Of a stretch of 64,000 nucleotides of DNA, positions 35,601 through 45,224 are shown piece after piece. The notes beneath the pieces were generated by a model that worked only from the letters and a program-made list of their open reading frames with translations, did no database searches and was not told where the DNA came from. The DNA lies in the IMG/VR virus record IMGVR_UViG_3300023283_000076, positions 128,001 to 192,000 of that record; one strand, written 5' to 3'. This stretch comes from a virus. Taxonomy: Duplodnaviria > Caudoviricetes. Made by a program: the position numbers and the translations under genes. Positions within the stretch are counted from its first letter, which is position 1. Each line of letters starts with the position of its first letter.

Positions 35601-38170
35601 ACCAACCATTAAATAACTGGGATGTATCAAATGTTACTAACATGAATGGTGTTTTTCAAGATAATTCAACATTTAACCAACCATTGAATAATTGGGTCAC
35701 TTCTAGTGTCACAGACATGTCATTTATGTTCCTAAACGCAACTACATTTGATCAAGATATTTCAGGGTGGAATGTACTTAATGTTACTACTATGGAAGAA
35801 ATGTTTAAAAATGCAGCATCATTTAACCAAGAATTGAACAATTGGAATGTTTCTGGTGTATCGGTCATGCAGTCTATGTTCCAAGGTGCGGTATTATTTA
35901 ATCGACCATTGGGTAATTGGGATGTCTCTAATGTAACTGATATGAGTTTTATGTTTGATGGCGCATCCGCTTTTAATCAAGATATAAATTCATGGGTAAC
36001 TTCTTCAGTTACAACAATGAGAACGATGTTTCAGAATGCTGATGCATTTAATCAAGATCTTTCAAATTGGAATGTATCGAATGTCACAGACATGGCGTTC
36101 ATGTTCTTTGGAGCAGATATCTTTGATGGTGACATAACAACATGGACTACTTCATTGGTTACTACAATGGAAAGCATGTTCCAAAATGCAACATCGTTTA
36201 ATCAGAATTTATCAGGGTGGGATGTTTCAAATGTCACCAACATGCAAGAAATGTTTGAAGATTGTACTAATTTCAATGGAGATGTTAGCACTTGGGACGT
36301 ATCATCTGTTACCACCATGGAAAGAATGTTCGAAAACACTGAATCGTTTAATCAAGATTTAAGTTCATGGACACCAATATCTGTTACTACTATGGAAAGA
36401 ATGTTTGATAATGCAAGTGCATTTAATGGTAATGTTACGACATGGGATACATCATCTGTCACTAATATGAGAACTATGTTTCAAGATACTTTATTATTTA
36501 ACCAAGATATTTCAGGGTGGGATGTATCGAATGTTACTGACATGTCATTCATGTTCTTTAATTCTTCTTTCAATCAAGATATAAGTACATGGATACCCTC
36601 TTCCGTTACTGCCATGCAATCTATGTTTGGAAACTCCTCTTTTGATCAAAATATTGATTCGTGGGATGTTTCAAGTGTGCAAAACATAAGATTTATGTTT
36701 GGAAATTCTTCATTTAATCAACCATTAAATTCATGGGACACATCTTCTGTTGTTGACATGGGTGCTGTTTTTGAGAATAATTCAACATTTAACCAACCAT
36801 TGAATAATTGGGTCACTTCTAGTGTCACAGACATGTCATTTATGTTTAATGGGGCAAGTGCCTTTGATGGTGATGTTACTACATGGGATACGTCATCTGT
36901 CACTAATATGAGAGTCATGTTTCAAAATGCTGGAGCGTTTAATCAGGATATCTCGAATTGGAATGTAGAAAATGTTACTGACATGGAATTTATGTTTTGG
37001 AGTGCTTCAGTATTTAATCAAGATTTGAGTGGATGGTGTGTTACTAATATAACTTCAGAGCCTAATGGTTTTAGTGATAATACACCGTTAACAGCCGCTA
37101 ATAAGCCAAATTGGGGTACATGCCCAACACCTACGCCTACGCCGACTCCATCAGTATCTGAAAGTGCTACACCTACACCTACGCCGTCAGTATCTGATAG
37201 TACTACACCCACGCCTACACCTACACCGACTCCGTCGGAGCCGACAGAGCCAGCATCTCTTACTGTGTTCAGTGGGGCGCGAGATAACACTGTACGCAAG
37301 ATCGATCCGTCAACCATGACTCAAGTGGGGTCCAGTTTTACGGGGCATAGCAGTTGGGTGTTTGCATTAGCCTTTGGCACTGACGGGAATTTGTACAGTG
37401 GGTCGATAGACGACACTGTTCGCAAGATTGACCCGTCAACCATGACCCAACTGGGTTCCAGTTTTACGGCACCGGATATTGTGAATGCATTAGCCTTTGG
37501 TACCGACGGATACTTATATAGCGGGTTGAGTGATCAGACTGTTCGCAAGATTGACCCGTCAACCATGACTCAAGTGGGGTCCAGCTTTACAGGGCATACG
37601 GCTCTAGTGAACGCATTAGCCTTTGGTACAGATGGATACTTATATAGTGCATCTAATGACTTGACAGTTCGCAAAATTGATCCTTCGACCATGACGCAAG
37701 TCGGATCAAGCTTTGCGGATCACACTGTTTCAGTAAATGCATTAGCTTTTGGTACGGATGGATACTTATATAGTGGAGGCTGGGACGACACCGTTCGCAA
37801 GATTGATCCTTCGACCATGACTCAAGTAGGATCAAGCTTTACAGGACATACGGATAATTTGATCGTATTAGCTTTTGGTACCGATGGGAACTTATACAGT
37901 GGTTCGCATGATAGCACTGTGCGTAAGATTGACCCGTCAACCATGACTCAAGTAGGATCAAATTTTGTAGCCCCAGATCGTGTGCTTTCATTGGCATTTG
38001 GTACTGATGAGAATTTATATGTTGGCACGCAAGACGACACCGTCCACAAGGTTACCCCATCAGATATGACTCAGGTGGGATCCACTTTTGTAGCACATAC
38101 TGCTCGCGTACAGGCGTTAGCTGTAGATAAGAACATCACTGAAATGATTTTAGAGGCTACGCCGCCATAA
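32612..38170 (+). CDS. 1852 aa baseplate/tail-associated protein with DUF285 (BspA-like) repeats and WD40-like propeller
   Basis: N-terminal structural domain (NAVHSQNMA, AFGNGG, LYNETY, FDELGF, LLTHLTFSPI), PT linker, about 36 repeats of FNQDIS.WDVSNVT.M..MF, PT linker, seven 41-42 aa repeats. Confidence 0.85.
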   Translation: MKESLNISFNTNVLVTEHDPDNLNGPGNVLLNKSNAVHSQNMARAIARALAREPNSFVHRIAFGNGGSFTDAGETTIINPPNDGTRGDGWESRLYNETYSEIVDESNVLVGTDPGSSGPNSNRIGGGASPTDDPEGTGVVSLEVGRKSNIIATMFINQNEPISQLEQSTIDQEITAEQKAFEFDELGFYTTGQPALPTPATSLINVGNKTSEDIIPSSMLGSQLILNYEINGEEKQTVFIVPSIGSGPGGEVTFGDLAEGINTGSWFSSNPGDDSTTLIKVTITDRTPGAVYPSIAGSETFGFLVFENLVAGEGNTLKLNCSAIGSDMLFALTGNCTKVDTSTNNGIDSGVANDAANPVNERERLLTHLTFSPILKKENRVIKIVYTLTISVSQTGDCVPNIENVPPPPSPSPTPSVSESATPTPTPSPTQSMGITPTPTQSIGITPTPSISDSATPTPTPTPSPSVAEPMVLTMDTTLNPSGTDVTLPMKGPGDVTVDWGDGTMDSFNNSTVDSFLQFAPHTYSTDGVYTIIISGTLNKFGDLNIFMGGVVAVSSFGELGTTSLGGALNNATNLNTLPDNIPSTVTDVSNMFFNASSFNIDINSWDVSNVTNMENMFENAESFNQPLNNWNVSNVTSMHDMFDDASAFNQDISTWDTSSVTTMEGMFQSAQSFNQPLDSWNVASVNNMSTMFQNANSFNQDLPNWDVSNVTDMTWMFNGANMFNGDITTWDTSSVTDMGTMFQNTQAFNQDISGWDVSNVTDMSYMFFNATAFNQNLSNWNTISVTLMNDMFSGASIFNGDISGWDVSNVTDMSYMFFNATAFNQNLSNWNTISATLMNDMFSGASIFNGDISTWDVSNVTDMSFMFSGALAFNQNLNNWNTINVTNMRWMFENTPVFNGDITTWDTSSVTDMGTMFQNAQAFNQDISGWDVSNVTDMAFMFFGSSFNQDISTWVPSSVTTMQSMFASSSFDQNINSWNVSSVQNIRFMFGDSSFNQPLNNWDVSNVTNMNGVFQDNSTFNQPLNNWVTSSVTDMSFMFLNATTFDQDISGWNVLNVTTMEEMFKNAASFNQELNNWNVSGVSVMQSMFQGAVLFNRPLGNWDVSNVTDMSFMFDGASAFNQDINSWVTSSVTTMRTMFQNADAFNQDLSNWNVSNVTDMAFMFFGADIFDGDITTWTTSLVTTMESMFQNATSFNQNLSGWDVSNVTNMQEMFEDCTNFNGDVSTWDVSSVTTMERMFENTESFNQDLSSWTPISVTTMERMFDNASAFNGNVTTWDTSSVTNMRTMFQDTLLFNQDISGWDVSNVTDMSFMFFNSSFNQDISTWIPSSVTAMQSMFGNSSFDQNIDSWDVSSVQNIRFMFGNSSFNQPLNSWDTSSVVDMGAVFENNSTFNQPLNNWVTSSVTDMSFMFNGASAFDGDVTTWDTSSVTNMRVMFQNAGAFNQDISNWNVENVTDMEFMFWSASVFNQDLSGWCVTNITSEPNGFSDNTPLTAANKPNWGTCPTPTPTPTPSVSESATPTPTPSVSDSTTPTPTPTPTPSEPTEPASLTVFSGARDNTVRKIDPSTMTQVGSSFTGHSSWVFALAFGTDGNLYSGSIDDTVRKIDPSTMTQLGSSFTAPDIVNALAFGTDGYLYSGLSDQTVRKIDPSTMTQVGSSFTGHTALVNALAFGTDGYLYSASNDLTVRKIDPSTMTQVGSSFADHTVSVNALAFGTDGYLYSGGWDDTVRKIDPSTMTQVGSSFTGHTDNLIVLAFGTDGNLYSGSHDSTVRKIDPSTMTQVGSNFVAPDRVLSLAFGTDENLYVGTQDDTVHKVTPSDMTQVGSTFVAHTARVQALAVDKNITEMILEATPP
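34320..37060 (+). repeat. coding tandem array of 75-nt (25 aa) DUF285 units
   Basis: Includes a near-exact 150-nt tandem (units beginning 34880, 35030, 35180) and a longer block duplicated near 35380 and 36490. Confidence 0.9.
37260..38130 (+). repeat. seven near-identical propeller-blade repeats
   Basis: TVRKIDPSTMTQVGSSF...ALAFGTDG.LYSG repeated with high nucleotide similarity. Confidence 0.9.
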
Positions 38171-38203
38171 AGTATGCTTGTAAAACAAATTAGGCACATG
38201 TTC

Positions 38204-39832
38204 TTAAGTTGAATATGTGTTTTCTACTCTTTCACCTTTACTATAATGTGATATTCTATGATGTGTGATCGGTGATGCTAATAGACATCCAACTTTAAGT
38301 TTATCCTCTCGTATTGCAATTTGAGCTTCGGCCATCAAAGAGCTTTCTGCCATTCTTTTGTGTTTGTAGCAATATTTAATAAATTTAGCATTCCCATTTT
38401 TGCTAAAGAGTATAGGCCAATTACAATAAAAGTACTCTCCTATATTATATGCTAGACCTCGATAACAATTACTATAAAATATTTTAGTTCTTATTTCTGG
38501 AACCTCTTTATTTTTAAGAAATTTTTCTTTCCTATTGGGATCTAAATTATACCATGCCCAGTTAGTATGATTATTCCCAAAGAATTCTGAAAATGACAGT
38601 TTTAAATAATCTAATTCATTTTCTTCTAGTATAGAGATTGCTTTATCGAATAAATCCTCGTCATATTTTTTAAAACCAGCATCACATATTTTCCCCTTTT
38701 CTTGTTGTTTATTAATCAACATATCGTCTTCAAAAAAAACCATATAAGAATGTGTTGATTTGGCAAAATGCTCAGCAGCATATTGTCTTCCCCCGGTAAT
38801 TCCTATATTGTTGAATTTATATTCTGTTAAATCGTATTCTTTTGTTATTTTGTCATATTCATTTTGAAGTTCTTTTTTAGTTGAATTATTTAATAAGTAT
38901 TTCGGAGATTTCTTAAAATCTTCGGGGAAAGTTTCTTTAAATCTAGATAAACATTCTATCAACTGTTTGGGTGCATTAAAAGTCAAAAAATACAATGCCA
39001 ACTTATCGTCGCTTTCTTGTTTTCGATTTTTCACTTTTTCAAAATATGAATTAATTAGTCCATTGGGCTCTATCATTTGAATATTAAATAAATGTTTATT
39101 AGTATAACTTATGATAGTGAATACAGACTCCTCAGTTCCCATATAACCCTGTTTTAATGTTTCGTTGAGTGTTCGGTAATATACATCATTAACCTTGTTT
39201 ATAGCTTCTTTGGTGCCCCCGAAGAAGCCACCTCTACATACATATTTGGTGTCTGTTCCAGCAAACCGGTTCATTCCTTCTTTTTTAAATCCATGAACTT
39301 CATTTTGTCCATCATATGGGAATGCTAGATACAACATTTTGTTCTTTTTAACATCTTCTATAAGTTTTTTGTCAAATTGATTAACACTAAAATATGATTG
39401 TATATTGACGGTATTACTTATTCCAGCGTCTATCCAAAAGAAATATCTGGAATCGAAGAAATTATTTAATGAGCTATCATTAAGTTTAAATTGCTTGGAC
39501 ATTACTAGTGGATTATAATATTCCAATTTTGCTTGGGGACTTTGTTCTAGCCACCCTGCTTGTGAATACCATTCTTTATTATTTCTTATTTTATCTGTTA
39601 AACCTTTAAATGGAAAATCAATATTTCGTAACATTACTTTTGTATTTTCCGGGCTTCGGTGTTTCCATACAAAATCTGAAACTTCTTTATCGCAATAAAC
39701 CACTAAATTAATATCCTGATCCAACAATTTTTTAAACGCTTCGAGGTACTGATTCATAGACCGTTTAAAATTATCTTTTAGATTATCTCGGTTCAAATTA
39801 TATAATGCAGTAACAAAAGTTATATCATTCAT
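38204..39832 (-). CDS. two-domain glycosyltransferase (WlaTC/HtrL-like plus GT-A)
   Basis: ITFVTALY, YNPLVMSKQF, FFWIDAG, RGGFFGG, MGTEES; second domain FFEDDM. Confidence 0.75.
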   Translation of the reverse strand: MNDITFVTALYNLNRDNLKDNFKRSMNQYLEAFKKLLDQDINLVVYCDKEVSDFVWKHRSPENTKVMLRNIDFPFKGLTDKIRNNKEWYSQAGWLEQSPQAKLEYYNPLVMSKQFKLNDSSLNNFFDSRYFFWIDAGISNTVNIQSYFSVNQFDKKLIEDVKKNKMLYLAFPYDGQNEVHGFKKEGMNRFAGTDTKYVCRGGFFGGTKEAINKVNDVYYRTLNETLKQGYMGTEESVFTIISYTNKHLFNIQMIEPNGLINSYFEKVKNRKQESDDKLALYFLTFNAPKQLIECLSRFKETFPEDFKKSPKYLLNNSTKKELQNEYDKITKEYDLTEYKFNNIGITGGRQYAAEHFAKSTHSYMVFFEDDMLINKQQEKGKICDAGFKKYDEDLFDKAISILEENELDYLKLSFSEFFGNNHTNWAWYNLDPNRKEKFLKNKEVPEIRTKIFYSNCYRGLAYNIGEYFYCNWPILFSKNGNAKFIKYCYKHKRMAESSLMAEAQIAIREDKLKVGCLLASPITHHRISHYSKGERVENTYST

Positions 39833-40626
39833 ATATCAAGTTCCTTGATGATTTTGTTGTACGGTAAATTGTAATAATTGTAATATATACCTATAACTTC
39901 ACCTTTTACAATGTTTTTAGGATTATTATATCCGGCTTTAGCTAATGAAATTCCCAGTTCGTAACTTTCTCCCCACGATACACAATCACTTTTTTGTAAT
40001 ATATAATTCAATCTTCTTAGTTCACTTGCAAACAACTCTATTTTATTATTTTCGTTTTTTAATATAAAAAAATGTTCACTGGGTAACCCTACGTTATAGG
40101 GGTCTGGAGGATTTTCTTTTTTTCCATACACTCGTTTTTTATGATTATATATTGAGTGTTCTCTATCCCATTCTTGACCTAGTGTATCTCCCATTCTTGC
40201 ACCAACCATATCGTATTCGCCTTTTATAAGTGTTTCATATATGAAATTTTCGTTTTCGTCTGTTAGTTCTAATGCACAATCGCAATCTATAAAAAAGACG
40301 ATATCATACTGTTCTATGTTGGGGATATTTTCAAAACATAGAAATTTTAAAGTACAATTGAATTTTTTAGGGCCATTGATTGCTCTTAAACGTTCTTCAT
40401 GTTCTGGGATATCAGTGAAAATCTTTAAATCTTTTGTGATATTATTACGCGATTTTACTCTATTAGATCGTATAATATCTTCTGGTTTGTTAGTCGATAC
40501 TAGTATATCGTGATTTGTTGTTGATAATAGAGAGGTTATTAATTGATTGCAATATTTTATATACCGTTTGTCATTTGTTTGATCGATACATAATAAAGTG
40601 AATAATATTTTATACCTTTTAGTCAT
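39829..40626 (-). CDS. GT-A fold glycosyltransferase-like
   Basis: VFFIDCD, SEHFF, WGESYELG. Confidence 0.6.
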   Translation of the reverse strand: MTKRYKILFTLLCIDQTNDKRYIKYCNQLITSLLSTTNHDILVSTNKPEDIIRSNRVKSRNNITKDLKIFTDIPEHEERLRAINGPKKFNCTLKFLCFENIPNIEQYDIVFFIDCDCALELTDENENFIYETLIKGEYDMVGARMGDTLGQEWDREHSIYNHKKRVYGKKENPPDPYNVGLPSEHFFILKNENNKIELFASELRRLNYILQKSDCVSWGESYELGISLAKAGYNNPKNIVKGEVIGIYYNYYNLPYNKIIKELDI

Positions 40627-40641
40627 ATTTTATCTAATGAT

Positions 40642-41448
40642 TTATGTTTGTATTATAAAATACCGGTCGTCTTCCATGAATTTTGTATCATTTAATGGAC
40701 AGGTATTTAGTATAGTTTCAATAACATTATTTATTAAGTTTTTATCAGGTTTCCAGTATGAATTTTGTTTTTCCGCTTGTTCTAATTTGCCGTAAAACAT
40801 GGGAGACTCTGGTGAATCATGTTTCCAAACACTATAATAATCGGCAAATTTTATACCATCTCCTACTAAACTGTCATCATAATGCAATGGTATTGCAGGT
40901 ATTTCATATGCATGGGCTACAATGAGGCCGTGAAGTGTAGTAGAAATAATTTTTTTACATGATACAACCTCATCAATATATTTTTCAAATTTTAACCCAT
41001 GTGAGGTGCTTGGGTCAATAATTTTATATTCTAGATTTTTTTCTTTTATTTCGTTAGCAATTTTTGTGAAATGAATTTGGTGTGGTATTATGCCAATATC
41101 ATATTGTTTGGCGGTAGAATTTGGAACATAAAAATGTGGTAGGGCAATTGCTGGGTCCCCCCATGGTAAGTCTGAATAATTTGTATTTTGTTCAGTATAT
41201 TTTCCTCGTACTAAATCATATATTGCTCGGGGTTCGAGTTTTGTATTTTTTTCTATAATACCGCTTCCCCAAACCCTAGTATTTGGTTTAGCGCCAATTC
41301 CTGCAATTGACCCAGTAGAAATTATTTTAAACTCTTCATGATGATGGGCCCATACATAAGGTATTTTCCATTTATTTAACATGTACGGAAATACACAATC
41401 TCCAAAATTTGAAGCATTTACAAAATTAGCTTTAAGTATTCTTTTCAC
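40642..41448 (-). CDS. polysaccharide pyruvyl transferase family protein
   Basis: NFGD, STGSI, VWGSG, VRG..T, GDPA, IGIIPH, STTLHGLIVAHAY.IP. Confidence 0.85.
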   Translation of the reverse strand: MKRILKANFVNASNFGDCVFPYMLNKWKIPYVWAHHHEEFKIISTGSIAGIGAKPNTRVWGSGIIEKNTKLEPRAIYDLVRGKYTEQNTNYSDLPWGDPAIALPHFYVPNSTAKQYDIGIIPHQIHFTKIANEIKEKNLEYKIIDPSTSHGLKFEKYIDEVVSCKKIISTTLHGLIVAHAYEIPAIPLHYDDSLVGDGIKFADYYSVWKHDSPESPMFYGKLEQAEKQNSYWKPDKNLINNVIETILNTCPLNDTKFMEDDRYFIIQT

Positions 41449-41474
41449 TTTTTATATATTAGCCTATAGACGTA

Positions 41475-43127
41475 TTATTTATGTTTATATTCATATACTT
41501 TATTTCCACAATCCCATATTCGCAAAAATCTATTGGCTAACATATTCTCATACTCTGAAAGACTAGGATCAAATTCCTCCAAGAGACCCTCAAGCTTATG
41601 TTTTTGATACTTATTTCGAGATTCTAGAATGCGTTCTTTGGGTTTAAAGTATTTATAATTTGGTGCGGATTGGCCAATTAATCTAAATCCATTCTTTTCA
41701 TATATACTACCATCAAAAAATGCAATATCACAGTAAGATATCACACTATTAAAAGAATTGTTTTCTTTAAAGTGCGTCATTAATTTAGGAAATGCTCCGT
41801 TAACTATGGTTCCTTTTCTGTTGGCAAATCGACATAACTCGAAATCGTGATTTTTAGAAAATCTCGGCTTAGAAAATGTCATTACTGATACTAATTCGTT
41901 ATTGTGTAGCAACCCGTACCGTATTTTTCCTTGGAATGTATTACCTTGTAAATGATTTAAATCTAAAAAATTTTTACTTTCGGTAGGAGTAAGTTCTACT
42001 ACTTTACATTTCCTTGCTGCCACAGTTTCTCTGGCTTTTCCAAGCCTAATGGATATCAAACTTTTAATTATATCATGTTTAAATTCCCAATCATATTCTG
42101 ATATATGAATTAGAGAATAGCCTTTTTCATTAACTGCTTTAGTTTTTTTAAGATGATAGTTCTTATGTTTATACAAATCACAGTGCCAGAATAGTCCATT
42201 ACACTCTATAGCAAGCTTTTTACTAGGAATCACTATATCTAATTCCATCGGAGCTATTAACCTTCTATCCGATTTAATTGTGTTAAGCCCAAGTTCATCG
42301 ACAAAATCAGCAATTTCAATTTCAAAATCGCTCGATTTCGACAACAAAGTTTTTAATTTTTGAATATTAGATAATAGTCGGGTTTCAATGTAACCGTCTT
42401 TGGTTTTTATGGTTATGGGTTTGTGGACCCCTTCATACTCTTCTTCTTTGCTTAATAGTTCTCCTCCCTTGGACTCTACCAATTCTTTTACCACGGAATA
42501 TGACAGACGCTGATTTTCACGTCTTTTTTGTAAACAATATTCTTTTGAATATAACTTTTGTTGCTTGCGTATATATGAAATCTTTTTTTTCTCTCTTACG
42601 CCGTCAATCGTCTCTACTAAAAGAGGAGCATCCCATCCATTATATTCTGTTGACAGTAATTTACCGCCACGCATTTCAACTTCTTTTTTTATTTCGTTTA
42701 AGGTGGGTTTACTACCTCTAAGAGAAAGGGATTCACTTTGTGGCGATAGTTTTCCTAGTTTTCTTATACTATTTCTTATACTAGTCCACGTTCTTTCATT
42801 AATTTCACCGTTTGGAAATTGTATTTTGATTGGAGTGATATCGTTTACGTATGTTTTACTAACAAGTTTAACGTTATAATCTTGTAATTTTTTCTTTATT
42901 TTTTTCAGAGATTTTTCTCTCTTTGAATCTGAAAGACTTTTTATCTGTTCTGGTTTGGGTTTTAATGTTTTTGTTTTTCGTATATTCACCAGTTTTCTGG
43001 TTTCAATATTATCTCCTATTTTTATCAACAAGTCTTGATGGACTCCATTATATTCAGTTGACAAAAGTTCCCCACCTTTCGATTTTATTATTTCATCTAC
43101 TTCACCAATTGTCAACTTTTGGGGCAT
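41475..43127 (-). CDS. Hef-like homing endonuclease with N-terminal repeats
   Basis: Four (K)GG.LLS..Y repeats, ELDIVIPSKKLAIECNGLFWH nuclease core, ARKC...FLDLNHLQG...ELCRFA...RIWDCG tail. Confidence 0.75.
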   Translation of the reverse strand: MPQKLTIGEVDEIIKSKGGELLSTEYNGVHQDLLIKIGDNIETRKLVNIRKTKTLKPKPEQIKSLSDSKREKSLKKIKKKLQDYNVKLVSKTYVNDITPIKIQFPNGEINERTWTSIRNSIRKLGKLSPQSESLSLRGSKPTLNEIKKEVEMRGGKLLSTEYNGWDAPLLVETIDGVREKKKISYIRKQQKLYSKEYCLQKRRENQRLSYSVVKELVESKGGELLSKEEEYEGVHKPITIKTKDGYIETRLLSNIQKLKTLLSKSSDFEIEIADFVDELGLNTIKSDRRLIAPMELDIVIPSKKLAIECNGLFWHCDLYKHKNYHLKKTKAVNEKGYSLIHISEYDWEFKHDIIKSLISIRLGKARETVAARKCKVVELTPTESKNFLDLNHLQGNTFQGKIRYGLLHNNELVSVMTFSKPRFSKNHDFELCRFANRKGTIVNGAFPKLMTHFKENNSFNSVISYCDIAFFDGSIYEKNGFRLIGQSAPNYKYFKPKERILESRNKYQKHKLEGLLEEFDPSLSEYENMLANRFLRIWDCGNKVYEYKHK

Positions 43128-43133
43128 AATTAA

Positions 43134-44537
43134 TCATCCGTCTACGTTTTTAGTAACCTTATCTAACCATCCATTAGATTTACTATGAGGCCACACAGTA
43201 TACGTGCTTGGGGCTATGCTTGACAAGAAGATAAACCTATAATCAATAAATCCATTGTCACCAGTTACATATTTTTTAAATTCTGGTCCTGATAAATCTT
43301 TTCTATGTATTTCATTACCATCTGCATCATGTGCACCAACAAAGCAAAAGTCTATGTCATCCAATACTTTACTATTATTAAATATCGAAGGAAATTCGTT
43401 CTTGTGTGTGCATATTCTTACATCATTAGAACGGGCAAATGAGTCTTTCCATTCTTGTTCATTATTATATGGATAATTAACTGGGGGTTCTTCTTGATCT
43501 AATGTAGGTTGCTGTACGCCTCTATGTTCAAAACTAATACCAGCATACTCCTCATATTGTCGTAATGTTCTTTCATTACCAAAGCCATATTTCCCAAAAT
43601 CAATTTGATTGGGGTCTTCGCCGTCCATTCCAAACAAAATTCTATTTCTTTTATGACACATATTATTTCTTTCTACCCAATCCTTTTCTACGTTGCCTTT
43701 CTTTTTATTTATAGTTGTGTGGTCATCCCATACTTTGGTTCTACCTTTTCTGGTATATTCGTGCCATATCAATAACTTATGTGGTGTAAACAAATCATAT
43801 CCATGCGTATATGCCCTAGTAGCTATTGAGATTTCTTCTCCATGAAAAAAATAATATGGATCATGTTGCACATCTTCTGCAAACGATCCATCAGCGAAGC
43901 AAAAATGGCCAGAGTAAAATCTAGCACGTTGAGGTTTATCACGCTCTTTCCAATTTTTCATTTCAGATGGTATAAAGAACACTGCACCTTCTGGTATAAA
44001 CCTATCAAAGTTTGTTTGCCATGGTATTTGTACTCTTCCATTAGGATCATTTTCAGGGTTATATGATGGAATGTACCCTGTTAAAATAGGTTTCGGTGTT
44101 TTTGTAGTTCTAACACTTTCTAACAGTTCTATTAATTCTTTATCCCAATTTTCTATAAATCTATGATGGGAATCTAGTTGTAGAGTATATTTTTCTTTGT
44201 TATATTGTTGTTGAATTAAATTTCTAGCCCAGCATGTCCCTTTAGTTTCTGTATAATGTAAATCTATAAGATTAACATATGCATTATCCTTCATCAATTC
44301 TATAATATTAAATTCTTTATCTTTTCCATCAATGTCGGTACATTCATATACTCGATATCCTTGTATATCATAGCCTTGATCTAAAAAATCGTCTATGGAT
44401 TGCTCATCACCATGTTGCCAATTTACTACTACATGTAAATTTTCCGGGTGTGCGCTGTTAGATATCAAACTTTTTAGCGTGGGTATAAGTTCTGGATCTC
44501 TGTAACTTGCTATTTGAACAAATATAGTGTTTTTCAT
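43134..44537 (-). CDS. GT60-type polypeptide GlcNAc transferase
   Basis: IFVQIASYRDPEL, GTCWARN, LQLDSHHRF..WD, FYSGHF, FHGEE...RA.THGYD. Confidence 0.85.
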   Translation of the reverse strand: MKNTIFVQIASYRDPELIPTLKSLISNSAHPENLHVVVNWQHGDEQSIDDFLDQGYDIQGYRVYECTDIDGKDKEFNIIELMKDNAYVNLIDLHYTETKGTCWARNLIQQQYNKEKYTLQLDSHHRFIENWDKELIELLESVRTTKTPKPILTGYIPSYNPENDPNGRVQIPWQTNFDRFIPEGAVFFIPSEMKNWKERDKPQRARFYSGHFCFADGSFAEDVQHDPYYFFHGEEISIATRAYTHGYDLFTPHKLLIWHEYTRKGRTKVWDDHTTINKKKGNVEKDWVERNNMCHKRNRILFGMDGEDPNQIDFGKYGFGNERTLRQYEEYAGISFEHRGVQQPTLDQEEPPVNYPYNNEQEWKDSFARSNDVRICTHKNEFPSIFNNSKVLDDIDFCFVGAHDADGNEIHRKDLSGPEFKKYVTGDNGFIDYRFIFLSSIAPSTYTVWPHSKSNGWLDKVTKNVDG

Positions 44538-44574
44538 AATATTCGGGTTTCCATAATTTCGATTTATTTATATT

Positions 44575-44604
44575 AAAAAAGGGAGGTTGAATTCCTCCCT
44601 TTTA
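44575..44604. terminator. intrinsic terminator
   Basis: A6-GGGAGG-TTGAATT-CCTCCC-T4. Confidence 0.7.
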
Positions 44605-44630
44605 GCGTAACAATAAATATTTTTTATTAA

Positions 44631-45095
44631 TTATTTATTATTTTTTGGTGGTCTACCCGGACCGCGTTTAGCGGTAGGTTTAGGTGCGCTTTCGGTCTTG
44701 GGTTTCGGGGGTTGTTGTGTGGATTGCTGCGGGGCACGAGCGCGTTTTTGCGGGGTCATTGGGTTCGCAGTCTGACGTAATCCTCTTCTAGTGGATGACG
44801 GAGATATGATCTGCCCAGATTTGGTCCGAACTTGAACCAATTGATGAAAATATTCTAAAGCATTCATACCATTTTTCAACGTTACCTGATCCATTATATC
44901 CCATAACGGAGCATTGTTGGCTCCTCTTTTTTTTAGGATATCACCCATTCTTTTAATATCTACATGATCTAAACTTTCTTCTTTTATGAAATATACATCT
45001 CCATTGGTATCTTCTTTAATAATAATAACATTATATCCAATCCCGTTTCCGTATATATCCATTGCTCTATAATGATTGTAAACTTGTTGTTCCAT
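44631..45095 (-). CDS. conserved jumbo-phage hypothetical protein with basic disordered tail
   Basis: LDHVDIKRM..IL......PLWDIM.Q.TL.NG.NALEYFHQLV; AT-hook-like KRGPGRPPK end. Confidence 0.75.
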   Translation of the reverse strand: MEQQVYNHYRAMDIYGNGIGYNVIIIKEDTNGDVYFIKEESLDHVDIKRMGDILKKRGANNAPLWDIMDQVTLKNGMNALEYFHQLVQVRTKSGQIISPSSTRRGLRQTANPMTPQKRARAPQQSTQQPPKPKTESAPKPTAKRGPGRPPKNNK

Positions 45096-45224
45096 TTTAA
45101 AATATCTCCTTTATATTATTGTAATTTGGTTACTAATATTGTATAATTACATCATCTAGAACATATTTAGAAAGAAAAAAAATAAGTGATTTATAATACA
45201 ATACTTTAAAAATAAGGAGAATGT

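Noticed and set aside
34320-38130. Regular repeats as a CRISPR array or DGR template/variable pair
   Set aside because: Repeats are in-frame protein units with no unique spacers; no reverse transcriptase in the window and no obvious adenine-only variation.
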